The notes: generated by a model not told the origin, from the letters alone. A DNA stretch of 62,000 nt from Hyalangium minutum (GCF_000737315.1 NZ_JMCB01000003.1:20001-82000); one strand, 5' to 3'; positions 20,235 through 32,098 are shown, counted from the stretch's first letter. Translations and numbers: made by a program.

Positions 20235-21287
20235 TCAGTTCCGAACCGCCGGAGTCACGGGCGCCGCGCCCGTGAACGAGCGCATGGCCGCGGCCAGGGC
20301 TTCGAGCGACAGCATCTGATCCGTGGCGCCGCTGCGCAGCGCGGCCTCGGGCATTCCCGGGACGACACAGCTCTCGGGGCTCTGCGCGAAGGTCCTCCCG
20401 CCCGCCTTGCGGATGGCCAGCAGCCCTGCCGCCCCATCCGAGCCCATGCCCGTGAGCACTGCCCCCGCCGCCCGGTCCCCATAGGCCAACGCCAGCGAGG
20501 ACAACAGCGTGTCTCCGAGTGAGGCCTTGCCAACGGGGATCGGCTCGACCTGCAGATCCCCCGCGAGTGTGACTTCGAATTGGTGCCCGTCCGGCGGCAG
20601 GTACACGTAGCCGGGCTGAGGCCGCACGCCCGTCTGCGCCACCTCGAGCTGCAGCGAGGACGCCGCGCCCAGCCACTGGCACAGGCCCGCGGTGAAGCCC
20701 ACCGACACGTGCTGGGCAATGAAGATCGGATACGGCAGCTGCGGAGGCAGCAGCGACAGCAGGTGGCAGAGCGCCGGAGGTCCTCCCGTGGAGGCCACCA
20801 GCCCAAACCCTGTCACCCGCCCGCCCTGGGGCGCGGGGGCCACCGGGCTCGGAGCCTGCGCGGGGGCCAGCGCCACCTGCCGCTGGCTCACCGGCAGCTC
20901 GGCCATGGTCCGGATGATGTGGATCAGCTTCACCCCGAAGTTGGCCAGCCCTTCCAGGTTGGGGCGCGGCTTGGGCATGACCTCCAGCGCCCCGGCCTGC
21001 AGCGCCTTGAAGGACATCTCCGCATCCACCGCCCCCGAGATGACGAGGATGCGGCTGGGGGCCTCGGTCATGATGCGCGAGCTGGCCTCGATGCCATCCA
21101 TCCGCGGCATCCGCACGTCCAGGGTGATGACGTCCGGCTGCAGCGTGCGTGCCAGCTCCAGGGCCTCGGCCCCATCCTTCGCCGTGCCCACCACTTGGAT
21201 GTCGGCCGCTGACGACAGCAGCGCCGCGTACATCTTCAACATGGTGGGCGAGTCGTCAGCGATGAGGACCCGGATGGTGGAGCTCAT
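20235..21287 (-). CDS. cheB: CheB-like REC-methylesterase, copy 2
   Basis: IADDS/TLDVRMP; ASTGGP, QHV and GMGSDG. Confidence 0.88.
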   Translation of the reverse strand: MSSTIRVLIADDSPTMLKMYAALLSSAADIQVVGTAKDGAEALELARTLQPDVITLDVRMPRMDGIEASSRIMTEAPSRILVISGAVDAEMSFKALQAGALEVMPKPRPNLEGLANFGVKLIHIIRTMAELPVSQRQVALAPAQAPSPVAPAPQGGRVTGFGLVASTGGPPALCHLLSLLPPQLPYPIFIAQHVSVGFTAGLCQWLGAASSLQLEVAQTGVRPQPGYVYLPPDGHQFEVTLAGDLQVEPIPVGKASLGDTLLSSLALAYGDRAAGAVLTGMGSDGAAGLLAIRKAGGRTFAQSPESCVVPGMPEAALRSGATDQMLSLEALAAAMRSFTGAAPVTPAVRN

Positions 21288-21364
21288 GTGTGCACCTCGG
21301 AGGCAGGGGCGAGACTGCCCCAGAAACCGGATTCACGCCATGCACAGGTGAGCCCCGAAGCCCG

Positions 21365-22390
21365 TCAAGCGCCCGAGGACGACATTCCCTCCAGCTGGCG
21401 GATGATGGTGGCCAGCGCCTCTGGGGACACCTTCGTCTCCGTGGACTTGTTGCGCAGCGCGGCCTCCGGCATCGACGGCACCAGGCACGTCTCCGGATCC
21501 TGGGCGAAGGTGAGCCCGCCCGCGCGCTTGATGGCCATCAGGCCCACCGCGCCCTCCTCGCCCATGCCGCTGAGCACCGCGCCCGCGGCGTGCTGGCCAT
21601 AGGCTCGGGACAGGGACGCCAGCAGCAGATCCCCCGAGGGGAACGTGGTGCCCGAGGCCTTCTCGATGACGATCTCGCCCTGGAGCCCCACGCGCAGGTG
21701 GTGGCCATCCGGGGCCAGGTACACGGTGCCCGGCCGAGGCTGCTCCGAGGCGCGAGCAATCTCCACCGGCAGCGGAGACAGCGAGGACAGCCAGCGGTGC
21801 AGGCCCACGGTGAAGCCCGGGGTGATGTGCTGAGCGATGAAGACGGGGTAGGGCAGGCTGCGCGGCAGCAGCCACAGCAGCGAGGCCAGCGCCGTGGGCC
21901 CGCCGATGGACGAGAACAGCCCAAAGCCACCGATGCGCCGGCCCGCGGGCAGCGGCGGCGGGTTGGCGTGGCCCTCACGGCGCTTGGTCACCAGCGGCAC
22001 CTCCGCCAGCAACCGGATGGCCGACAGCAGGCGTACACCAAAGCGCGCCACATCCTCGGGAGAGCCCTGCGGCTTGGCGATCACCTCCAGCGCTCCGGCC
22101 TGGAGCGCGCGGAAGGACAGATCCGTGTCCGGGGCGCCGGACACCATGAGGATGCGGCAGGGCGTCTCGGCCATGATGCGCTCGGTGGCGCCCAGGCCAT
22201 CCATGCCCGGCATCTGCACGTCCAGGGTGATGACGTCCGGCTTGAGGGAGCGCGCCAGGGCCACGGCCTCCTCGCCGTCGCGCGCAGTCCCCACCACGGT
22301 CACGTCGGGCTGTGCCGACAGCAGCCGGGTGAGGACCTGGAGCATGGTGGGGGAATCGTCGGTGAGGAGGACTTGGATGGGCTTGCTCAT
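21365..22390 (-). CDS. cheB: CheB-like REC-methylesterase, copy 3 (variant active site)
   Basis: LTDDS/TLDVQMP; SSIGGP, QHI and GMGEEG. Confidence 0.85.
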   Translation of the reverse strand: MSKPIQVLLTDDSPTMLQVLTRLLSAQPDVTVVGTARDGEEAVALARSLKPDVITLDVQMPGMDGLGATERIMAETPCRILMVSGAPDTDLSFRALQAGALEVIAKPQGSPEDVARFGVRLLSAIRLLAEVPLVTKRREGHANPPPLPAGRRIGGFGLFSSIGGPTALASLLWLLPRSLPYPVFIAQHITPGFTVGLHRWLSSLSPLPVEIARASEQPRPGTVYLAPDGHHLRVGLQGEIVIEKASGTTFPSGDLLLASLSRAYGQHAAGAVLSGMGEEGAVGLMAIKRAGGLTFAQDPETCLVPSMPEAALRNKSTETKVSPEALATIIRQLEGMSSSGA

Positions 22391-22483
22391 GCGGTTCTCC
22401 GGAACTCTTTTCGGGGGAGGAATCTACCCCATGGGTGGGGTCCTCGCCTACGACCTACCATGTAACAGTGTAACCAACATGTA

Positions 22484-24697
22484 TCACCCGGCCTTGCGTT
22501 TCTTTTCACGCCGGGGACTGGCCTCAGGGGAAGGTGGCGAAGGGGGCAGGGCCGGCCGAGTCGAGGGGAAGGGCGTACCATCCGTGGGGCCGGTTTCTAC
22601 CCCCGGTACTTCCGCCGGGAGAGCGGGCAGGCGGATGACGAAGGTGCACCCCTCGCCGGGTTTGCTGTGCACGGCGATGCTCCCCCCGTGATTCTTGACG
22701 ATGCGCTGGCAGATGGCCAGCCCCAACCCTGTACCCTTTTCCTTCGTGGTGAAGAAGGGCACGAAGATGTGCTGTTGCTGGTCCAACGGAATCCCTGGCC
22801 CGGTGTCCGAGACGTGAACCTCGACGAACTCGTTGACGGTGCCGCCGCGGAAGTCTCCGAAGCGGTCCTGCTTCACGGTGCCCACGGTGATGCGCCCGCC
22901 CGGAGTCCCAATGGCCTGCACCGCGTTCTGGACCAGGTTGATGAGCACCTGCTTGAGCTGCTCTGCATCTCCGTCCACGCGCGGCGCCGTGAGGTCCAAC
23001 TGGACGGCCAGCTCGATCTGCTTGGGCACATCGTTCTGGATGAGGCGCATGGTGCGGGTCACCACCTCATTGAGGTCCGTCTGGCCAAAGTTTTGCTTCA
23101 GCGGCCGAGCGTAGTCCAGGAACGCCGTCACCACGCCATTGAGGCGGTTGACCTCTTCGACGATGACGCCCAGGAACTCGCCGTCCTCGCCCGGGAGCCG
23201 CTTCGGATCCAGGCACTGCGCCGCGCCCTTGATCGCCCCCAGGGGGTTGCGGATCTCGTGCGCCAGGCCCGCCGCCATCTCGCCCAGGGCCGCCAGGCGG
23301 TCGCGCTCGCGGATCTTTTCATACAGCTTGGAGTTCTCCAGCACCGTTGCCAGGCGCTCGGCCACCGTGAGGATGAGGGCGATCTCGTCCGAGGCGTAGG
23401 CCTCCGGCACGCGCTCGTCCCACAGGTTCAGGAAGCCGATCACCCGATCGTTGCCCACCAGCGGCACGGAGATGCCGGACTTCATCTGCAGCAGCGCGGC
23501 GCGCGTGTCCTGCAGGCGCTTGAGCTCGTCCCGGAAGCGCTTGCCCTCGGCCGCGTGCATTCGCAGCGCCGCCAGCCGCGTGTCCACGTTCTCCAGCAGC
23601 ACCGCCTTCTGCCCCGAGGCCGCCGCCAGCAGCAGGCCGCGCGCCGCCGCCGTGTCCAGGAAGCCCTCGGGCGGAGGGCCGCGTGAGTCCAGCAGCCGGT
23701 AGCCCGGACGATCCTCCGCCATCATGTACACGGAGGTATGGGTGACGCGGCCCGTCTCGTGGAGCGCGTCCAGCACCATCCGCGTCACCTCGGAGATGTC
23801 GATCACCGTGGCCATGCGCGCCCGGAGGTTCCCGAGCACTCGCAGCAACTCGAAGCGCTCGCGGAAGAAGATGGCCACCACCTGCTCGTCCACCTTCACG
23901 CGCAGGGGCTCCATCAGGATGATGGTGACGAAGGCGGCCACCACCGTGTTGAAGACGAAGAGGCTCGCGTTCTCCTTCACCCACACGGTCAACACCGTGA
24001 AGACGGCGGCCAGGATGAAGGCCAGCACCGTCTGCGAGGCGATCTTCCCCAGCAGCTCGTGCAGGTCCATCAGCCGCAGCCGCAGCAGCGTCTGGGAGAG
24101 GAAGAACAGGTACATCGTGGAGAAGATGGGCCCCAGCGGCGGCAGGGGAATGTCGTAGCGCCGGCCCACGAGGTCCACGGCCGCGAGGACGATGGTGACG
24201 CCTGCGCCCAGGGCCAGGTACATCAGCCGCAGCCGCTCGATGCGCGATTGCTGGCTGCGCACCTGGTTGAGCAGCAAGCTCACCGAAGTCAGCAGGGTAC
24301 CGAGCACCCAGACGCTCACCGCCACGCGCGCCCAGTTCTGCTGCGCCAGCGGCGTCACCGCCACCGCCAGCCCGAACACGCCTGAGAGCAGGGCGAGCCG
24401 CCGGCCCTGCATATGGGCCTCTTTGCTGACGCCCAGGAACTCCAGGAAGAAAGAGACGGCTGACAGGGGGACAAGCGAGGCGAACAGGATGGTGGCGCCC
24501 ACCGCCGTTCTGGACACCCAGCCGGGCTCGGGGAAGATGCCCGCGAAGAACAGCGCCAGGTAGTACCCCGCCACCGTGAGGGCGAAGACGGAATACAGTG
24601 TCACCACCCGAGGGCGGCCCGGCCGCAAGAGCATGGCGAGCCCGAGCGCCAGGCCGACGAGGGATGCAAGCAGGGCGCTCTGAGTGCGGATGTCCAT
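22484..24697 (-). CDS. Multi-TM GAF histidine kinase
   Basis: About 8 N-terminal TM segments, GAF (SVPLVGNDRVIG), AHEIRNPLG and GTGLGL. Confidence 0.88.
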   Translation of the reverse strand: MDIRTQSALLASLVGLALGLAMLLRPGRPRVVTLYSVFALTVAGYYLALFFAGIFPEPGWVSRTAVGATILFASLVPLSAVSFFLEFLGVSKEAHMQGRRLALLSGVFGLAVAVTPLAQQNWARVAVSVWVLGTLLTSVSLLLNQVRSQQSRIERLRLMYLALGAGVTIVLAAVDLVGRRYDIPLPPLGPIFSTMYLFFLSQTLLRLRLMDLHELLGKIASQTVLAFILAAVFTVLTVWVKENASLFVFNTVVAAFVTIILMEPLRVKVDEQVVAIFFRERFELLRVLGNLRARMATVIDISEVTRMVLDALHETGRVTHTSVYMMAEDRPGYRLLDSRGPPPEGFLDTAAARGLLLAAASGQKAVLLENVDTRLAALRMHAAEGKRFRDELKRLQDTRAALLQMKSGISVPLVGNDRVIGFLNLWDERVPEAYASDEIALILTVAERLATVLENSKLYEKIRERDRLAALGEMAAGLAHEIRNPLGAIKGAAQCLDPKRLPGEDGEFLGVIVEEVNRLNGVVTAFLDYARPLKQNFGQTDLNEVVTRTMRLIQNDVPKQIELAVQLDLTAPRVDGDAEQLKQVLINLVQNAVQAIGTPGGRITVGTVKQDRFGDFRGGTVNEFVEVHVSDTGPGIPLDQQQHIFVPFFTTKEKGTGLGLAICQRIVKNHGGSIAVHSKPGEGCTFVIRLPALPAEVPGVETGPTDGTPFPSTRPALPPSPPSPEASPRREKKRKAG

Positions 24698-24805
24698 GTT
24701 CGGGAGAACAGTCTAACCTGTGTCCACGTCCGGAAATTTTTTGAGTGGTCCCAGTTGTCCTCGGGCGTGCCCGAGCACATCCACCAGGGCTCAGTGTCCG
24801 CCCCC

Positions 24806-27226
24806 ATGAAATCCGCCCTTTCGCTGATTGCCCTCGTTTCTTTCGCGCAGCTGGCCTCGGCCCAGCCGGTGGCCGATGCCCCGGCCACGGCTCCGCAGCC
24901 GCGCACTGACGGCGCGCCGCCCGAGGCGCAGCTGCGTCCCCTCCCGGACACGGAGACGGCACCGCTGCCCCCCGGCTACGTGGAGATCTTCAACCCCGCG
25001 TTCCCGCTGCCCGTGGTGATGGCGCCTCCCGCCAAGAAGGAGGAGGCCAAGGCAGAGGTTCCGCGCGGCAAGGCCTACGGGCTGGACGAGCTGACGCCGT
25101 ACTTCGCCGCGGGCAAGAAGAAGGAGGCCAAGGCCGCCTTCGACAAGGGCTTCTACCTGAAGGCCCGGGAGCTGCTGCAGGACGAGGGCAACTCGGCGCC
25201 GGTGCGTTACCTGCGGGCGCTGAGCGCGGTGCGCGCGGGAGATGATGTCCGCGCGGCCAGCGAGATGGCCTCCCTGGCGGAGGACTACCCGGCGCTGCGG
25301 GATCGCTGCCTCACGCACGCGGGCATGGCGCTCGAGGATCTGAGCCGCTTCGACGAGGCGGCGAAGCTGCTCGACCAGGTGTCGCAGGACTCGAAGCTGT
25401 ACGTGGATGCGCGGCTGGCGCTCGGGCGCGTGCTGCGCAAGAAGAAGGACTACGACGGGGCCATGGCCGCGCTCACGCCGCTGGCGGATCGGCCCGCGCC
25501 GCTGTTCGGCCGCAACGTGGGTGCCGAGGCGCTCATGGCCATCGCCGACATCGCGGTGGAGAAGAAGGATCGCAAGCGCGAGCAGGAGGCGCTGTGGCGG
25601 CTGTGGTCCCTGTACCCGCTCTCGCCGCTGACCAAGCAGGCCGATCGTCGGCTCAAGGGCATCAAGCCCCCGGTGGACGCCCAGGTGGCGCGCGCCGAGC
25701 AGCTCATCGAGCTGCACCGCAACAAGCAGGGCCTCACGGTGCTGGAGCCGCTGCTGACTGCGCTGGCGCTGCCGGATCCGCTCGCCTGCCGCGCGCACTT
25801 CGCCTACGGCAAGGGCCAGCGCAAGGAGCGCAACCACACGAAGGCCATCTCCGTGCTCACGCCGGTGGTGGACAAGTGCCAGGATGCGGATCTGCTGCCG
25901 CGCGCCATGTACGTGCTGGGCTCCTCGCGCTCCATCGTGGACCAGAAGCGTGGCCCGGAGACGTACGAGCGGCTCGCGCGCGAGTTCCCCGGCCACTCCT
26001 TCGCGGACGACGCGCTGTTCTACGCCGCTGACCTGTACGTGAAGACGGATCGGCCGGGGCAGGCCCTGGAGCGGCTCCAGGAGCTGGAGAAGAACTATCC
26101 GCAGGGCGACTTCCTGGGCGAGGCGCTCTTCAAGGCGTACTGGATTGCACGCACCTCGAAGGTGCCGGACGGCGGGCTGCCCATCCTGGAGCGCATCGAG
26201 AAGCGCTTCGCTGACGCGGACGAGACGTACGACGTGGAGCGGGCCCAGTACTGGCGGGCGCGGACATTCCTGGAGCGCGGCAACAGCAAGGACGCCGTGG
26301 CCCTCTTCGAGCGGCTCGCGCTGGAGCACCCGGCCACGTACTACGGGCTGATGGCCCGTGCGCAGCTGGGCGAGATGGACAAGGAGCGCTTGGAGAGCAT
26401 CGGTCCGCAGCTGGTGTTCACCGCGGAGCGTGCCAGCCCGTGGCCTCTGCACACCGGTCCCGCCATGGAGAAGGATCCGCACTTCCTGGCGGCCGTGGAG
26501 CTGCTGCGCCTGGGCTTCCCCGAGGCCGTGTCCTCCGAGCTGCTCGCCGTCAACCGCAACGGCCTGCCCACCGAGCCCGTGCGGCTCATCGTTCATCTGC
26601 TCTCGATGGCGGGGGACCAGCGCGCGGCGCACGCCGTGGCGCGCGTGTCCCTGCGCAGGGATCTCAGCGGCCGCATCACTCCGGAGACGCGGCCGGTCTG
26701 GGAGATCGCCTATCCGAATGCGTACCGCGAGCTGATCGAGAAGCACACGAAGGAGGCCGGGGTGGAGCCGGATCTCCTGCAGGCGCTAATGCGCGAGGAG
26801 AGCGCGCTGGACCCCAAGGCCCTGTCGTGGGCGGGAGCGCTGGGGCTCACCCAGCTGATGCCCACCACGGCGAAGGCGGTCGCGCAACAGTTGAAGATCA
26901 AGCGCTTCCGCGTGGAGTCCCTGCTGGATCCGGACATGAACATCCGCATCGGCGCGCACCACCTGGGCGAGCTGGTGAAGAAGTTCGGCGGCAACGCGCC
27001 GTTCGCGGTGGGCAGCTACAACGCCGGCGCCGGAGCGGTGAACCGCTGGCGCTCCGAGCGCAGGGGCATGCCGCTGGATGCGTGGGTGGAAGAGGTGCCG
27101 ATCGCGGAGACGCGCGGCTACATCAAGCGCGTGCTGCGCTCCTACAACACCTACCAGCTCCTCTATGGCCGTCCGGCCAAGGCCTCTGCGGTGAAGTCCG
27201 CGGGCCTAGTACCGGGGGCTCGCTAG
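24806..27226 (+). CDS. TPR-containing soluble lytic transglycosylase
   Basis: Signal peptide MKSALSLIALVSFAQLA; TPR-like helices; MREES, GLTQLMP and GSYNAG. Confidence 0.88.
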   Translation: MKSALSLIALVSFAQLASAQPVADAPATAPQPRTDGAPPEAQLRPLPDTETAPLPPGYVEIFNPAFPLPVVMAPPAKKEEAKAEVPRGKAYGLDELTPYFAAGKKKEAKAAFDKGFYLKARELLQDEGNSAPVRYLRALSAVRAGDDVRAASEMASLAEDYPALRDRCLTHAGMALEDLSRFDEAAKLLDQVSQDSKLYVDARLALGRVLRKKKDYDGAMAALTPLADRPAPLFGRNVGAEALMAIADIAVEKKDRKREQEALWRLWSLYPLSPLTKQADRRLKGIKPPVDAQVARAEQLIELHRNKQGLTVLEPLLTALALPDPLACRAHFAYGKGQRKERNHTKAISVLTPVVDKCQDADLLPRAMYVLGSSRSIVDQKRGPETYERLAREFPGHSFADDALFYAADLYVKTDRPGQALERLQELEKNYPQGDFLGEALFKAYWIARTSKVPDGGLPILERIEKRFADADETYDVERAQYWRARTFLERGNSKDAVALFERLALEHPATYYGLMARAQLGEMDKERLESIGPQLVFTAERASPWPLHTGPAMEKDPHFLAAVELLRLGFPEAVSSELLAVNRNGLPTEPVRLIVHLLSMAGDQRAAHAVARVSLRRDLSGRITPETRPVWEIAYPNAYRELIEKHTKEAGVEPDLLQALMREESALDPKALSWAGALGLTQLMPTTAKAVAQQLKIKRFRVESLLDPDMNIRIGAHHLGELVKKFGGNAPFAVGSYNAGAGAVNRWRSERRGMPLDAWVEEVPIAETRGYIKRVLRSYNTYQLLYGRPAKASAVKSAGLVPGAR

Positions 27227-27259
27227 CGCGCGTGGCCCAGGTCTTCTAGACTCGGGCCC

Positions 27260-28650
<1,391 letters not shown>

Positions 28651-28654
<4 letters not shown>

Positions 28655-29244
28655 TCGAAAGTGCCGTCCTGGTTCTGAACCGGAACTACCAGCCTGTCCA
28701 CGTCACTTCCGTCAAGCGCGCCTTCTCCTTGCTGTACCAGGGCGTGGCCAAGGCCATTGACGACCAGTACCGGCTCTACGAGTTCGCCGACTGGGCCGCG
28801 CTGAGCGCCACCACCGACTGCATCACCACGGTGAACCGCTCCATCCGCGTGCCCCGCGTGCTGGTGCTCTCTGTCTACGAGTACCTCCCCAAGGGCCGGG
28901 TGCGCTTCTCACGTCTCAACATCTACGCGCGCGATCACGACACCTGCCAGTACTGCGGGCGCACCCTGCCTCGCTCGGAGCTGAACCTGGATCACGTGCG
29001 GCCTCGCTGTGACGGAGGCAAGACGACGTGGGAGAACGTTGTCTGCTCGTGCGTGCCCTGCAACCTGAGGAAGGGCGGGCGCACCCCGGAGCAAGCAGGG
29101 ATGAAGCTGCTGCGGAGACCTTTCCGCCCGAAGTGGACGCCGCTGTTCCGCGGAGCCATCCGGCGTGTCACCTACCGTGAGTGGTTGCCCTTCCTGAGGG
29201 TAGAGGACGCCTCTTACTGGAACGTGGAGCTGCTGGACGAGTAG
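28651..29244 (+). CDS. HNH endonuclease family protein
   Basis: RDHDTCQYCG, DHVRPR..GG and NVVCSCVPCNLRKG; ATGA overlap with selA. Confidence 0.88.
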
Positions 29245-29386
29245 CGCGGCCCCGGTCCTCTGGGGCCGAGTGTGGCCGATTTTTCTCCGAGTGGGTCCCC
29301 GAGGGGCACGGATGCGTCCGTGCTCCAGACATCCGGGCCGAGGCTCGCCCCCCATGGCGAGCCCTGCGGCAGGGAAGGGGACACAC

Positions 29387-31039
29387 GTGAAACAGAATCG
29401 GTTGCTGATGCTGGGCGCGCTCGCGATCGTCTTCAGCCTCGTGGGCTGTGACTGCGGCGGCGGAGATTCGAAGCCTCCCATCGAGGAGCCGGACGGCGGT
29501 ACCACTCCCTCGGATGGGGGAACGGACATCCCCGACGGAGGCCCCGGCTCGGTGTGCCTGGCGCAGGGGGCGGCGTGCAGCCGGACCTCGGGGGCCCAGT
29601 GCTGTAACGGCGTGTGCGGCGCGGACAATGTGTGTCCGGCGCCCAATGAGCTCTGCAAGAGCCCCAACGAGGTCTGCCAGACGGGCGGCGAGTGCTGCAC
29701 CAATATCTGCTCGAACGGCAAGTGTGCCTCCAACCTGTGCAAGGACGTGGGCCAGGCCTGCGCCACCGCCGAGGACTGCTGCACCAAGACATGCACCGGC
29801 GGCACGTGTGCGAACGTCCCCGGCAACGTCTCCAGCTGCAAGGTGCTGGGCCAGGCTTGCGCCTCGGGCGCGGAGTGCTGCTCCACCAACTGCCAGGGCG
29901 GCGTGTGCACCCGCGCCTATACCTGCAAGGCCTACGGGGACGTGTGCCTCACGGACGCGGAGTGCTGCGGCCAGTCGTGCTCCTCGCCGGACGGTGTCAC
30001 GGCGGGCCGCTGCGAGTTCATCACCGGCGGTGGTGGCGGTGGCTGTCGGCAGGACGGCAACCCGTGCTCGGGTGGCTCCGGGTGCTGCTCGCGCACCTGC
30101 GTGGATCTGGGCTACGGCGCCACGGTCTGCCAGCCCGTGGGGGGCTGCAAGCTCACGGGTAACGCCTGCAACGCGGCCAATGACTGCTGCGGCGGCGGGA
30201 CCAACCCCAACGGCTCGGTGACGTGCGCGGGGGGACGGTGCGACAACGGCCAGAGCTGCAACGGCGTGGGCAACATCTGCGGCTCCGGCAAGCTGCCGGA
30301 TGGTGGCACCACGGACATCAACGCCTCGCAGAACTGCTGCGACGGCCGCAAGAACGTCTGCAAGGTGGACTCCTCGGGCGTGCCCCGCTGCTTCGGCGGC
30401 GGCAGTACCCAGTGCCCTACGGGCTACACGGGCACCGCGCCGTGCTGCATCAACGATGGCCAGAACTGCCAGTTCTCCGACCAGTGCTGCGGTGACGCCC
30501 TCTGCCTGCCCAACGGCAGCGGCGGGCTGAGCTGCCAGCGGCCCACGTGCTCGCCGGTGGGGGCTCCCTGCACCTCCGAGGCTGGCGGCACCTCGGCCTG
30601 CTGCGCGGGCTCCAGCTGCTTGCCGGTGGACGAGCTCAACTTCGCCTGCCAGGCCCCCCGGCCGCCCACCAGCGGCACGGATGGCGGCACCGGCGGGACT
30701 CCGGACGCGGGGCCGGCGTGTAAGGCCAACGAGACGGCCTGCACCTCGCCCTCGCAGTGCTGCTCGGGCATCTGCACGGGCGGTCTGTGCAAGCCGCCCG
30801 CCCTGTGCCAGCCGCAGAACGGGGCCTGCACCTCGGGGGCGGACTGTTGCCAGGGGCTGCGGTGCGACGTGCCGTCCGGCTCCACGACGGGCACCTGCCA
30901 GCCGGGCGCCGCATGCTCGGCCAGCGGCCAGGCGTGCTCGCCCTCGGTGGGCTGCTGCTCCGGCCTCAGCTGCGAGACGGCCTCCGGGACCGCCTGCGAC
31001 GGCACCTCGGCGTGCCTCTGCATGGTGATCCTCAACTAG
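29387..31039 (+). CDS. Cys-rich lipoprotein with 13 tandem C-C-CC-C-C modules
   Basis: GTG start with SD; lipobox FSLVGC; repeats such as CKSPNEVCQTGGECCTNICSNGKC. Confidence 0.8.
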   Translation: MKQNRLLMLGALAIVFSLVGCDCGGGDSKPPIEEPDGGTTPSDGGTDIPDGGPGSVCLAQGAACSRTSGAQCCNGVCGADNVCPAPNELCKSPNEVCQTGGECCTNICSNGKCASNLCKDVGQACATAEDCCTKTCTGGTCANVPGNVSSCKVLGQACASGAECCSTNCQGGVCTRAYTCKAYGDVCLTDAECCGQSCSSPDGVTAGRCEFITGGGGGGCRQDGNPCSGGSGCCSRTCVDLGYGATVCQPVGGCKLTGNACNAANDCCGGGTNPNGSVTCAGGRCDNGQSCNGVGNICGSGKLPDGGTTDINASQNCCDGRKNVCKVDSSGVPRCFGGGSTQCPTGYTGTAPCCINDGQNCQFSDQCCGDALCLPNGSGGLSCQRPTCSPVGAPCTSEAGGTSACCAGSSCLPVDELNFACQAPRPPTSGTDGGTGGTPDAGPACKANETACTSPSQCCSGICTGGLCKPPALCQPQNGACTSGADCCQGLRCDVPSGSTTGTCQPGAACSASGQACSPSVGCCSGLSCETASGTACDGTSACLCMVILN

Positions 31040-31081
31040 TCGTGCCGAGGAGTCGACGCGGAGGGCGGGACGGGTTTTGAT

Positions 31082-32098
31082 GTGGGCGCTTTGAAGCCCG
31101 CACCTGTTCCCTCCGCGTCGGTCTCTCCCACTCCTTCACCCATCCCCGGTCCGCCGGGGCTCTCCAAGCGCGCGCGCCCTCGGCGGGTCATCGCCGTGGG
31201 CGGCGGCAAGGGGGGCATCGGCAAGACGCTCGTGTCGGCCAACTTGGGCATTGCCCTGGCGCAGGCGGGCATGCGCGTGCTGCTGGTGGACGTCGACCTG
31301 GGCGGCGCCAACCTCCACACCTGTCTCGGGGTGGGCCAACCGAACGCGACGCTGTCGGACTTCGTCCGCAGCAGCAAGGTCCAGATCGAGGACATCATCA
31401 TCCCCACCGGTGTGCCCCAGCTGTCGCTGATCGCGGGCGCCCAGGACGCGCTGGACGCGGCCAACCTCAAGTACGCCCAGAAGCAGAAGCTGCAGCGCGC
31501 GCTCATGGCCCAGCAGGTGGACTACCTGCTGCTGGATCTGGGGGCGGGCACCAGCTTCAACACCCTGGATTTCTTCCTGATGGCGGACCACGGCGTGCTG
31601 GTGGTGCTGCCCGAGCCCACCGCCGTGGAGAACGCCTACCGCTTCGTCAAGGCGGCCTTCTTCCGCCGGCTGCAACAGGTGGAGGCGCAGTACGGCATCG
31701 AAGACCTGGTGGAGAGCGCTCTCACCACGCGCGAGGGGGCCCTGCGCACGCCGCATGACTTCATCGCTCAGGTGCGCCAGCATGATCCCAACGCGGGCGC
31801 CCGGCTGGAGCGGGATCTGCAGTCGTTCCGCATCCGCCTGGTGGTGAACCAGGCCCGCACGGACGCGGACATGAACGTGGGCACCGCGGTGGTGTCCGCT
31901 TGGAAGAAGTTCTTCGGCCTGGAGATGGATGAGCTGGGAGCCATCCGGTACGACGACGAGGCCTGGCGCGCGGTGCGCAAGCGCAGGCCCATCCTCCTCG
32001 AGCGTCCCGACTCGGCCGCCGCCCAGGGACTTCAGCGCATCGCTGCGCGTATCCTGACCCTCGATAGCCCCGGAAGCGCCGGGTTTTCCACGCCATGA
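31082..32098 (+). CDS. MinD/FlhG(FleN)-like P-loop ATPase
   Basis: Deviant Walker A GKGGIGKT, DVDLGGANL, DLGAG and PEPTAVENAY. Confidence 0.88.
   Translation: MGALKPAPVPSASVSPTPSPIPGPPGLSKRARPRRVIAVGGGKGGIGKTLVSANLGIALAQAGMRVLLVDVDLGGANLHTCLGVGQPNATLSDFVRSSKVQIEDIIIPTGVPQLSLIAGAQDALDAANLKYAQKQKLQRALMAQQVDYLLLDLGAGTSFNTLDFFLMADHGVLVVLPEPTAVENAYRFVKAAFFRRLQQVEAQYGIEDLVESALTTREGALRTPHDFIAQVRQHDPNAGARLERDLQSFRIRLVVNQARTDADMNVGTAVVSAWKKFFGLEMDELGAIRYDDEAWRAVRKRRPILLERPDSAAAQGLQRIAARILTLDSPGSAGFSTP

Noticed and set aside
29550-31020. Regularly spaced TGCTGC motifs suggesting a repeat array
   Set aside because: These are the CC codons of the Cys-rich protein modules; no conserved DNA repeat-spacer structure
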